Shown piece by piece: positions 8,094 through 15,770 of a stretch of 35,446 bases of DNA (positions are counted from its first letter, which is position 1; each line of letters begins with the position of its first letter). Under the pieces are notes generated by a model. It saw only the letters and a list, made by a program, of their open reading frames with translations, was not told where the DNA came from and did not search any database. The position numbers and the translations under genes were made by a program. Source of the DNA: Woeseiaceae bacterium (GTDB lineage: Bacteria > Pseudomonadota > Gammaproteobacteria > Steroidobacterales > Woeseiaceae); assembly GCA_041608415.1 (NCBI GenBank), contig JBFISV010000001.1:1-35446 (forward strand), read 5' to 3'.

Positions 8094-9097
8094 GGCGCAG
8101 CCTTGAGCATCTGGTGCAGCACGGCCATTTGCGCGAGCATCCGATTCCTCGCCTCGTGAATGACGATGCTGCGCGGTCCGTCGAGTATGGCATCGCTGAC
8201 GACGACACCGCGTCGGACCGGCAGGCAGTGCATGAAGCGGCAGTCCGGCATCGCCTTCGCGAACCAAGATTCGTCGACGCACCAGTCGAGCAGGGGATTG
8301 CGGAGTTTCTCGTCGGCCAGGCGGTCGCCGTAATGCCGCGTCGAGGACCAGGACTTTGCGTAAATGACGTGCGCGCCCTCCATCGCCGCGCCGCGGTCCT
8401 CGGTTTCGACGATGGATCCGCCGGCATCGGCGGCGGCGCGGCGCGCCTTCGTCATGACCGGCTCCGGCAGCTCGAAGCCCGGCGGTCGCAGCAGCGTGAC
8501 GTCCATGCCGCGCCTCGCGGCCGTGTACAGCGTGGACGCGGGTACGGCCAGCGGCAGCGCCCGCGGGTGGTACGCCCAGCTCAGCACGAACTTGCCGCCG
8601 TTCGCGGGTATGCCGTAGTCGTCGAGGGTTTTCCAGTCGGCGAGGTTCTGGCAGGGATGGCCCATGGCCGACTCCATGTTGATGTACGGCGTATCGATCA
8701 ATGCCGTGAGTGCGTTGAATTCGGTCTCGGCCAGGTCGTGATCGAGATTCTTGCGTTCGGCGAACGCGCGAATCCCGATGGCATCGCCGTACGAGGCGAT
8801 GACGGGCACCGCTTCGCGAATATGCTCGGCTGCAGCGCCATCCATGACGATGCCCGGGCGGGACTCAATGCCGTGAATCGACATTTCGGGCGAGATCACG
8901 AACGAGCCGCCGCCGAGTCGTGTCATGGCCGCCTGGAACGACGCGAGCGTCCTGAGCGACGGGCTGAGGAACAGGAGCGCTAGCACCTTGCCGTTGAGCG
9001 CCTCGGGTTCCGGTCGGGCGTCGAGCCGGTTCGCGAGTTCGAGGAGAGAGCGAATCTCCTCGGTCGAATGGTCGGCAAGGTCGTTAAACGCTTTCAT
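8090..9097 (-). CDS. argF': N-acyl-L-ornithine carbamoyltransferase (ArgF' clade: N-acetyl- or N-succinyl-ornithine transcarbamylase)
   Basis: Aligns by eye along its length with the remembered Xanthomonas AOTCase. Shared motifs: SPSLRT, HPCQ (not the OTCase HPTQ), WAYHP, DVTLL, YAKSW, HCLPVRRG. The start MKAF at 9097 has a GAGG Shine-Dalgarno. The alternative start at 9124 is less likely. Confidence 0.8.
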   Translation of the reverse strand: MKAFNDLADHSTEEIRSLLELANRLDARPEPEALNGKVLALLFLSPSLRTLASFQAAMTRLGGGSFVISPEMSIHGIESRPGIVMDGAAAEHIREAVPVIASYGDAIGIRAFAERKNLDHDLAETEFNALTALIDTPYINMESAMGHPCQNLADWKTLDDYGIPANGGKFVLSWAYHPRALPLAVPASTLYTAARRGMDVTLLRPPGFELPEPVMTKARRAAADAGGSIVETEDRGAAMEGAHVIYAKSWSSTRHYGDRLADEKLRNPLLDWCVDESWFAKAMPDCRFMHCLPVRRGVVVSDAILDGPRSIVIHEARNRMLAQMAVLHQMLKAAP

Positions 9098-10301
9098 GTA
9101 TTTCTGCCTCGTGTAGTCGTGCATGCTGCGGCGGAATCGACGCGAGTGCGTCGGCGAGTCGAGTGACGTGTCGCTCGTCGATGACGAGCGGCGCCAGGAT
9201 GCGGAGCACGCGCGGATCGCCGCTGGTGCCGGTCAGGATGTCGCGCTCGAGCAGCGCGTCGCGAACTTCGCGCGCGGGCCGGTCGCATACGAGTCCGAGT
9301 AACAGCCCCCTGCCGCGGATAGCCCGGACCGGACCGACCACGCAGCATTCGCGAATCTGCGCTTCCCGTGCACGCACGTTGTCGAGCAGCCCCTCGTGTT
9401 CGATTGCCGCGATGACGGCGACGATCGCCGCGCAGGCGAGCGGTCCCCCGCCGAACGTGGTACCGAGGTCGCCCGGGCCGAAGCGCGCGGCGACGTCGTC
9501 GCTTGCGAGCACGGCGCCGCAAGGCATGCCGCCGCCGAGCCCCTTTGCGCTGGTCAGCAAGTCCGGCGCCACGTCGAGGGTCTCGACCGCGAAATACCGC
9601 CCGCAGCGACCCATACCGGACTGGACTTCATCGGCGATCAGGAGAGCGCCGTGTTGCTCCGTCGCGCGCCGCAGAGTCGCTGCGAATTCGGGGGCGAGAT
9701 CGTAGGCGCCGGCGACCCCCTGTACGGGCTCGAAGATCACGGCCGCCACGTCGTCGCCGATCATTTCCCTCGCCGCGTCACAGTCGTCGCGCGGAATGAA
9801 GTCGACGTCGAAGGGTTTCTCCGGGAATCCGTACCAGCGGTCCGAATTCCACGTGGCCGCAGCCGCGGCGGCCGTGCGGCCGTGGAAGCCGTGCTCGATC
9901 GCGAGAATCCTGCGGCGCCCCGTTGCGACCGTCGCCATGCGCAACGCGTTTTCGTTCGCCTCCGCGCCGGAATTGACGAAGAATACGCGGCGCAGGCCGG
10001 CCGGTGCCACGCAGGCCAGAGCGCGGGCAGCCTGCGCGCGGATGTCCGTTGCGACGGCGTTGCTTTGAAACAGCAGTTCACCTGCCTGTTCGCGAATGGC
10101 CTGCGTCAGCCGCGCATGTCCGTACCCCAGCGCTGCAACCGCGTGGCCGCCGTACAGGTCGAGAATCCGCCGGCCGTCGGCGGTGACGATCTCGGCGCCC
10201 GCCGCCGAGGCAATGACGAGCGAGCGTTCTCCGTACACGGGAATCGTAAACTCGTTTTCCACGCACCGTGCATCGAAGCGGTTTTCGGGAGTCGCGACCA
10301 T
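9084..10301 (-). CDS. argD: acetyl/succinyl-ornithine aminotransferase (class III PLP aminotransferase)
   Basis: SGAEANENALRMA, DEVQSGMGRCG, and TSAKGLGGGMP (PLP lysine). The ATG at 10299-10301 overlaps the argC stop (TGATG). The 370-aa Arg-rich N-terminal extension in ORF 9084..11411 is rejected. Confidence 0.88.
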   Translation of the reverse strand: MVATPENRFDARCVENEFTIPVYGERSLVIASAAGAEIVTADGRRILDLYGGHAVAALGYGHARLTQAIREQAGELLFQSNAVATDIRAQAARALACVAPAGLRRVFFVNSGAEANENALRMATVATGRRRILAIEHGFHGRTAAAAAATWNSDRWYGFPEKPFDVDFIPRDDCDAAREMIGDDVAAVIFEPVQGVAGAYDLAPEFAATLRRATEQHGALLIADEVQSGMGRCGRYFAVETLDVAPDLLTSAKGLGGGMPCGAVLASDDVAARFGPGDLGTTFGGGPLACAAIVAVIAAIEHEGLLDNVRAREAQIRECCVVGPVRAIRGRGLLLGLVCDRPAREVRDALLERDILTGTSGDPRVLRILAPLVIDERHVTRLADALASIPPQHARLHEAEIHESV

Positions 10302-11377
10302 CAGGTCCACGCCGGCGCCGGGGCCGTGAGACCCGCGGTTTCCGGCAGACCCCACAAGCGGTTCATCCATTGCACCGCTCCGCCAGCCGCGCCCTTGACG
10401 AGATTGTCGATGGTGCTCGTGACGACCAGCGCATCGCCTCCGAGCGCGACGCCGATTCGACAACGATTGCTGGCGACGACGCTTTTGAGGCGTGGCATGC
10501 CGTCCGCGATGTCGACGAACGGCGCATCGCCGTAGGCATTCGAATACGCCGCCCTGAGGGCCGCGATCGAAGTTCCACGAGCGGCCCGGGCCTGCAGGGT
10601 GACATGGATGCCGCGCGCGAACGGCCCCGAATGCGGCACGAAATGGACCCGTGCGTCGACTCCCGACGCGCGCGCTGCAAGCGCCTCGATCTCGGGCGCA
10701 TGGCGGTGTTCGAGCGGCTTGTAGGCGTACACGTTGCTGTGGCGCTCGGGGTGGTGAGTACCGGCCTGCGCCTGCCGCCCCGACCCCGTACTGCCCGTAA
10801 TGCCGCTGACGAAGAGTTCGCCGTCGCTCAAGCCTGCGCGCAGCAACGGCACTGCCGCGAGCAGCACGGCGGTCGCGAAGCAGCCCGGATGCCCGATGTG
10901 CGCGTGGCGCGCGTCTTTGTCGGCATGTTCCGGCAGGCCGCAGAAAAACTGCTCGAGAAGCTCCGGCGCGCCGTGTGCGCAGCCGTAGATCGCCTCGTAC
11001 GCAGACCGATCCGCAAAACGAAAGTCGGCCGAAACGTCGACGACGTGCACGTCGACCTCGCGCCCGGCGGCGGCCGCGAGCGCGCCCTTGACGAGGACCG
11101 CCGACGCGCCGTGCGGCGCGGCGGAAAACAGCGCGAGTCGGCTGCCGCGATCCAGCGACTCGATCCAGTGCCCTTCGCCGCTTTCGTGCGCGACGAACGG
11201 CAGGTCGGGGTATGCGCATTCGAGATGAGGAAATGTCGCTGCAATCGGGTGGCCCGCCCGGCTGTCCGACACCGCGGCGGCCAGCCGCAGCTCGGGGTGC
11301 GATGCAATCAGTCGCAACAGTTCGCCGCCGACGTAACCGGTGGCGCCGAGGACGGCCGCGGGGATCGATGCGCTCAC
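10301..11377 (-). CDS. argC: N-acetyl-gamma-glutamyl-phosphate reductase
   Basis: VSASIPAAVLGATGYVGGELLRL (NAD(P)-binding GxTGYxG); active-site region GHPGCFATA; C-terminal DNLVKGAAGGAVQ. The GTG start at 11375-11377 overlaps the stop of the upstream gene (GTGA). Confidence 0.9.
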   Translation of the reverse strand: MSASIPAAVLGATGYVGGELLRLIASHPELRLAAAVSDSRAGHPIAATFPHLECAYPDLPFVAHESGEGHWIESLDRGSRLALFSAAPHGASAVLVKGALAAAAGREVDVHVVDVSADFRFADRSAYEAIYGCAHGAPELLEQFFCGLPEHADKDARHAHIGHPGCFATAVLLAAVPLLRAGLSDGELFVSGITGSTGSGRQAQAGTHHPERHSNVYAYKPLEHRHAPEIEALAARASGVDARVHFVPHSGPFARGIHVTLQARAARGTSIAALRAAYSNAYGDAPFVDIADGMPRLKSVVASNRCRIGVALGGDALVVTSTIDNLVKGAAGGAVQWMNRLWGLPETAGLTAPAPAWT

Positions 11378-12429
11378 GCCGCGCGTTCCTCGAGCGAGCT
11401 GGCGATCGCATCGCCCAACGCGACGCCGTTCGTCAACGCATTCAGGGCGGGCAGGCCGAGACGCTCGGAAATCTGCTCGATGCCGACGGCATTGTCCGTC
11501 GCCGGGCCCGTCACGATCACGGGTTCGATGCCGAACTCGTCGCGCAGGATCTTGGCGCCGCCCCACGCGGAAACCGGGTCGTTCGCGCACAGGACGACCG
11601 CGGTCAGCGCTGCGCGTATGGCGGCGTCGGCCAGGATTGCTTCGACGCCGTAAGAACCGAGCAGGCCGTCCCCGAGTTCGAGAACGATGACGTCGGGCCC
11701 GTTCCGCGCGAGGCCGCTCAGCAACGCGCGCGTCAGGGCCGGCCCGTTCTCGGCCGTCGTCGTGACGACGCCGAGATCGGAGAAGATCATCGTTTGCTGC
11801 GCGCCCGCATCCTCCATCGCGAGAATGTCGCGCCGCAATGACACGCCGGTGGCCTTGCAGGCCGCGACGCGCAGGCCGAGGTGCCGCAATCGCCCGACGA
11901 TCGCACAGGCCGCCGCGGTCTTGCCGGAATCCATGCAGGTGCCGGCGAGCGCGACGACCGGCACGCCGCGCGTGTCGAGCTCGGCCTCGGGGTCCAGCGC
12001 ACTCTCGCCGACCCGCGCCGGCACACCGATGCGTTCACCCAGGTACGGGAAATCCAGCACCGTGCCGAGAACCTCGCAGTTGAACGGCGGACCGACGTCC
12101 GGATTCGCGGAGTCGCAAATGCCGAGCACGCCGCCGATGTTCAGCAGCTGAATCGTGTCACCGACGCGTAGCGTGAGCGGCAGATGACCGGAGTACCCGC
12201 GCAGGGCGTTGCGGTGACCGAGTGCGCCGACGACGATGTCGCCCTGGTTGACGCTGGCCATGCGTCCCGAGGTCAGTTCGAGCAGGTTGTAACGCGTCTT
12301 GTTGTTGAGGATGCGCACCGCGACGAGCACACCCTCTTCACACGGTATGTCGGCGGACAGGCGTATTTCTCCGCTGACGTTCGCGTGTTGTGCAACGGAG
12401 GCGATCTTGTCGACGAGGACCGGCTTCAT
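11374..12429 (-). CDS. uncharacterised protein with BioD/DUF1611-like P-loop, embedded in the arginine operon
   Basis: 351 aa starting MKPVLVDKIASV. Variant Walker A VVALAGTCMDSGKTAAA (G-x5-GKT, as in the dethiobiotin-synthase-like GTDTxVGKT). Walker-B-like VIVLELGDGL. The N-terminal ~165 aa is unassigned. Its start overlaps the argG stop (ATGA at 12426-12429) and its stop overlaps the argC start. Confidence 0.7.
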   Translation of the reverse strand: MKPVLVDKIASVAQHANVSGEIRLSADIPCEEGVLVAVRILNNKTRYNLLELTSGRMASVNQGDIVVGALGHRNALRGYSGHLPLTLRVGDTIQLLNIGGVLGICDSANPDVGPPFNCEVLGTVLDFPYLGERIGVPARVGESALDPEAELDTRGVPVVALAGTCMDSGKTAAACAIVGRLRHLGLRVAACKATGVSLRRDILAMEDAGAQQTMIFSDLGVVTTTAENGPALTRALLSGLARNGPDVIVLELGDGLLGSYGVEAILADAAIRAALTAVVLCANDPVSAWGGAKILRDEFGIEPVIVTGPATDNAVGIEQISERLGLPALNALTNGVALGDAIASSLEERAA

Positions 12430-13667
12430 GCCGTGCCCCGGCCGGCCCGCGTCTGCAGCGAGCCGGGCAGCGACAGGATACGCGCGTAACCCTCGGCATC
12501 GGCCGGCGTCCATTCACCCGCCGCTTCGCCGTACACGCCGCTCGTCGCGGCGAGCAGCGAGTATGGCGACGTCACGCCGTCGACGAACAGACTGCCCGGC
12601 CTGAGCGTAAACGCAACGCTTCCCGAGACGCGCCTCTGGGACGACACGAGCATCGCCTCGATGTCGGCGCACACGAGGTCGAGCTGTTTGCCTTCGTGCA
12701 CGAGGTCGCCGTAGATCGCGGCGACGCCGTCTTTGACCCGGGCCTGTTGCGCGCTCAGGACCAGTTTCTCCAGTTCGCGGTGGGCGGCGATCAGGGTGAT
12801 CGCGGCCGGCGCCTCGAACGCCACGCGGCCTTTCGTCCCCAGCACCGTATCGCCGAGATGGATACCGCGGCCGATCGCGTAGCGTCCGGCAAGCGCTTCG
12901 AGCGCCTCGATGAGTTCGACCGGCGACATGGGCACGTCGTCGAGGGCGACCGGGATGCCGCGCTCAAACTCGAGCGTATGCCGGGATTCGGGCGCCGGAT
13001 CGTCGAACGCGTTCGCAGAAAGCACCCAGGCATCTTCGGGCAGCGAGCTCTCCGACGTCAGCGTTTCGCGACCGCCGATCGTAATTCCCCAGAGCCCGCG
13101 GTTCGTCGAGTATTCGGACCCCTGCGCCGGTAACGGCAGGCCGCGCTCCTGCAGATACTCGAGCTGCGCCTCGCGCATCCAGCGGTGGTCGCGAACCGGT
13201 GCGAGAACCTCGAGACCCGGGCTCAGCGTCCGGAGCGCGACCTCGAAGCGGACCTGGTCGTTGCCCGCCGCGGTGCAGCCGTGCGCCACCGTCGTGGCGC
13301 GCCGATCGGCGGCGACCTGCGCGAGGCGCTCTGCCTGCAGCCCGCGCTCGGCGCCTACGCACAGCGGATAGGCCTGGCCACGCAGCACGTTGCCGGCGAT
13401 GAGGTAACGGATCACGGCATCGAAAAAATCCTGCTTGCCGTCGATCAGGATGTGCTCGATCGCACCGAGTGCCAGCGCGCGTTCCTCGAGCGCGAGCGCG
13501 GCGGCCGCGTCCAGTCCGCCCGTGTCGACCGTCGCCGTTACGACGTCGCGGCCATAGGTTTCCGTGAGCCACGGCACGCAGAAGGACGTATCGAGGCCGC
13601 CCGAAAAGGCGAGAATGATCGGCGAGTCGTTCGCCGTTGTATCGGTTACGGGCAGGTCGCTGCTCAC
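12426..13667 (-). CDS. argG: argininosuccinate synthase
   Basis: ATP-PPase motif ILAFSGGLDTS; HGCTAAGNDQVRFE; STNRGLWG. The GTG at 13667 is preceded by GGAG at a 6-nt spacing. An alternative GTG lies at 13679. Confidence 0.9.
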   Translation of the reverse strand: MSSDLPVTDTTANDSPIILAFSGGLDTSFCVPWLTETYGRDVVTATVDTGGLDAAAALALEERALALGAIEHILIDGKQDFFDAVIRYLIAGNVLRGQAYPLCVGAERGLQAERLAQVAADRRATTVAHGCTAAGNDQVRFEVALRTLSPGLEVLAPVRDHRWMREAQLEYLQERGLPLPAQGSEYSTNRGLWGITIGGRETLTSESSLPEDAWVLSANAFDDPAPESRHTLEFERGIPVALDDVPMSPVELIEALEALAGRYAIGRGIHLGDTVLGTKGRVAFEAPAAITLIAAHRELEKLVLSAQQARVKDGVAAIYGDLVHEGKQLDLVCADIEAMLVSSQRRVSGSVAFTLRPGSLFVDGVTSPYSLLAATSGVYGEAAGEWTPADAEGYARILSLPGSLQTRAGRGTA

Positions 13668-13700
13668 GCAAGGCTCCACGCGGTCGTGTTGTAGGGGGTG

Positions 13701-14156
13701 TTATCGAGAGGCCAGCGCGCGCTCGATTTTCGACATCAGGAACTTCTGACCGCTGGCCGAGGGCGTCGCGACGAATACCGTGTCGTCGCCGCCGATGTTG
13801 CCGACGATCTCGGGCCAGCCGCTGCGATCGAGCGCCAGCGCGACGCGCTGTGCCGCGCCGATCGCGGTCCTGATGACGAGCAGGTTCGAGCCCGCGGGTT
13901 TGGCATTTCTGAGGAGCGCGGCCACCTTCGCGAGTTCCGCGTCGCCGTCGTGGCCGCTGCGCGGCAGTTCATAGCCCGCCGAGGTCTTGATTGCACCGAG
14001 ATCTCTCAGGTCGCGGCTGACGCTGGATTGCGTCACCGAGAGGCCCTGTGAGGTCAGCGCGTCGACGAGCGCCTGCTGGGTCTCGACGGGACCGCGATTC
14101 AGGAGCGCACGAATCACTTTATGGCGGTTGAATTGTTCCGTATGGTTGTTGGGCAT
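13701..14156 (-). CDS. argR: arginine repressor ArgR
   Basis: 151 aa. Winged-helix N-terminus (QQALVDALTSQGLSVTQSSVSRDLRDLG) and C-terminal oligomerisation/arginine-binding domain with the GGDDTVFV motif. First gene of the arg operon. Confidence 0.9.
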   Translation of the reverse strand: MPNNHTEQFNRHKVIRALLNRGPVETQQALVDALTSQGLSVTQSSVSRDLRDLGAIKTSAGYELPRSGHDGDAELAKVAALLRNAKPAGSNLLVIRTAIGAAQRVALALDRSGWPEIVGNIGGDDTVFVATPSASGQKFLMSKIERALASR

Positions 14157-14183
14157 CTTCAGAATTGCCTGGTTCGTATAATT

Positions 14184-14211
14184 ATGCGCATAAAAATATC
14201 AGAATGCGCAT
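14184..14211. promoter_or_regulatory. candidate operator: two ATGCGCAT palindromes 20 bp apart in an AT-rich leader upstream of argR
   Basis: ATGCGCAT at 14184-14191 and 14204-14211, embedded in TTATGCGCATAAAAATATCAGAATGCGCATG, 28-55 bp upstream of the argR ATG (14156). This is the only AT-rich stretch in the area. Confidence 0.4.
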
Positions 14212-14332
14212 GCCGGGTCAAGCGCCGTGACGCTTGAATCTCACAGCCAATCCTCACGGACGATTCTCGCAACCCGCCGCCTTCTCGCGATCGGCTACAC
14301 TGCGGCGCTTCGAGGCACGCGGGAACCACTTC

Positions 14333-15028
14333 ATGCAAAACGTCGATTGCGTCGAGGTCGAGACCGGGGCCCGACCGCGCGGCAGTATCATCTGGCTGCA
14401 CGGTCTCGGCGCCGACGGCCACGACTTCGAACCAGTGGTCAGCGAATTGCGCCTGCCGGACGAGTTGCCGCTGCGCTTCGTATTCCCGCACGCGCCAACG
14501 CGCCCGGTCACGATCAACGGCGGCATGCGCATGCGCGCGTGGTACGACATCCGGAGTCTCGGCAACGACGGACGCGCTGACGAGGACGGGATTCGCGCGA
14601 GCGGCGCGATACTCGAGGGGCTCATCGAACGTGAGATCGCGCGCGGTATCGGCGCCGCGCACATCGTCTGCGCCGGCTTCTCCCAGGGCGGCGCGATCGT
14701 GCTCCAGAATGCGCTGACCACCCGTCACGAATTGCTCGGCCTCGTGGCCCTGTCGACGTATCTGCCGCTGGGCGAAAAAGTCTCTGCCGACGATAATTCC
14801 GAACGAGCCACGGGCAGGATGCCGAGGCTTTTCATGGCACACGGCACCGCGGACCCGATGGTTCCCCTCGACGGCGGCAAGCGAGCGGCGGCAGTGCTCA
14901 AACGCCTGGGCTTCGAGGTCGAGTGGCACGAATACCCGATGGCGCACGGCGTGTGCCCGCAGGAAATCGCGGACATACGCGGCTGGCTGCTGTCCGTCTA
15001 CGGGATCAGCGCGCAAGCTCGAACCTGA
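14333..15028 (+). CDS. alpha/beta-hydrolase carboxylesterase/phospholipase (esterase II family)
   Basis: IIWLHGLGADGHDF; nucleophile elbow GFSQGGA; C-terminal HGTADPMVP and YPMAHG (catalytic Asp/His regions). Start MQNVDCVEV at 14333. Confidence 0.8.
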   Translation: MQNVDCVEVETGARPRGSIIWLHGLGADGHDFEPVVSELRLPDELPLRFVFPHAPTRPVTINGGMRMRAWYDIRSLGNDGRADEDGIRASGAILEGLIEREIARGIGAAHIVCAGFSQGGAIVLQNALTTRHELLGLVALSTYLPLGEKVSADDNSERATGRMPRLFMAHGTADPMVPLDGGKRAAAVLKRLGFEVEWHEYPMAHGVCPQEIADIRGWLLSVYGISAQART

Positions 15029-15767
15029 AGTCGGACTGTCCCTCGGACCGGCCGTCGGCCGAGAAACGCCGCTCGGTCATCCGCGTTACCCCGTCGCGAC
15101 GGCCGATGACCACGGTCGAACTGCGTGTCCCGTAATCCGGCAACAGCACGAACGGCGCCGTCAGCGCATGGGCCGTTTCGAACGGCAGTTCACCGGCCTC
15201 GACTTCGTTCGTTCGTGCCCTGACCTGGTCGGCGAGCATCCTGAGCAATGTCGTCTCGTTGATCGAGCCGCGCGCGATGAGCGCCTCGAGCCGCGCCTTC
15301 GATCGTTCCACTTTCGGCCAGGGCGCGTCGAGTGTTGCGTTCGCCACGCCGTAAATGCCGGCCGCGAGTTCCCGGCAGCCGCCGCCGCGATTCGAACGAT
15401 ACGCGAGCGCGTCGACGTCGCCGACGAGCAGGTTGAAGCCGCCGTAGCGCGCACCGTCGATGGCCGCCGCGAATTCTAGCGGCGCCTCTTCGGACTTCAG
15501 GAAATCGCTGACCAAATGACCGCGCGAGCGCAGCTTGCCTGCCGGGCGCTCGGCGTCGCGAAAATTCGTCACGGCCGCGAAACGGCCGTTGCGATGCAGC
15601 GCGAGCCAGGTGCCGCCCGCCTGCAGGTCACGCCCGCCGAGTACGTCCGGACAGTCGGACCACCAGTGCGCCGCGCGCGTCGGTCGTGCGTGAAACTCGT
15701 CGCGATTGGCGGCGATTACGAGCGGAAATTCCCGATCCGCCCGAAATGCGAGGACGAGCAGGCAGAT
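15006..15767 (-). CDS. NRDE (TANGO2-like) family protein with apparent non-canonical ATC start
   Basis: The frame is open from the TGA at 15771-15773. It reads D-I-CLLVLAFRADREFPLVIAANRDEFHARPT...GGRDLQAGGTWLAL...NFRD, matching the family N-terminus MC(L/I)...AANRDE. There is no ATG, GTG or TTG in frame upstream of 15572. Confidence 0.65.
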   Translation of the reverse strand: MCLLVLAFRADREFPLVIAANRDEFHARPTRAAHWWSDCPDVLGGRDLQAGGTWLALHRNGRFAAVTNFRDAERPAGKLRSRGHLVSDFLKSEEAPLEFAAAIDGARYGGFNLLVGDVDALAYRSNRGGGCRELAAGIYGVANATLDAPWPKVERSKARLEALIARGSINETTLLRMLADQVRARTNEVEAGELPFETAHALTAPFVLLPDYGTRSSTVVIGRRDGVTRMTERRFSADGRSEGQSDFRFELAR

Positions 15768-15770
15768 GTC

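Noticed and set aside
5977-11411. Very long N-terminal extensions of argH (816-aa ORF 5977..8427), argB (374 aa), argD (775-aa ORF 9084..11411) and argC (429 aa)
   Set aside because: The extensions are Arg/Pro/Gly-rich and overlap well-supported upstream genes in other frames. Conserved N-termini and ATGA/GTGA/TGATG coupling junctions give the true starts.
14524-14531. Third copy of ATGCGCAT inside the esterase gene
   Set aside because: It lies within coding sequence (GMRMRA; the repeated ATGCGC is codon-driven) and lacks the AT-rich context of the two operator candidates. Probably coincidental.
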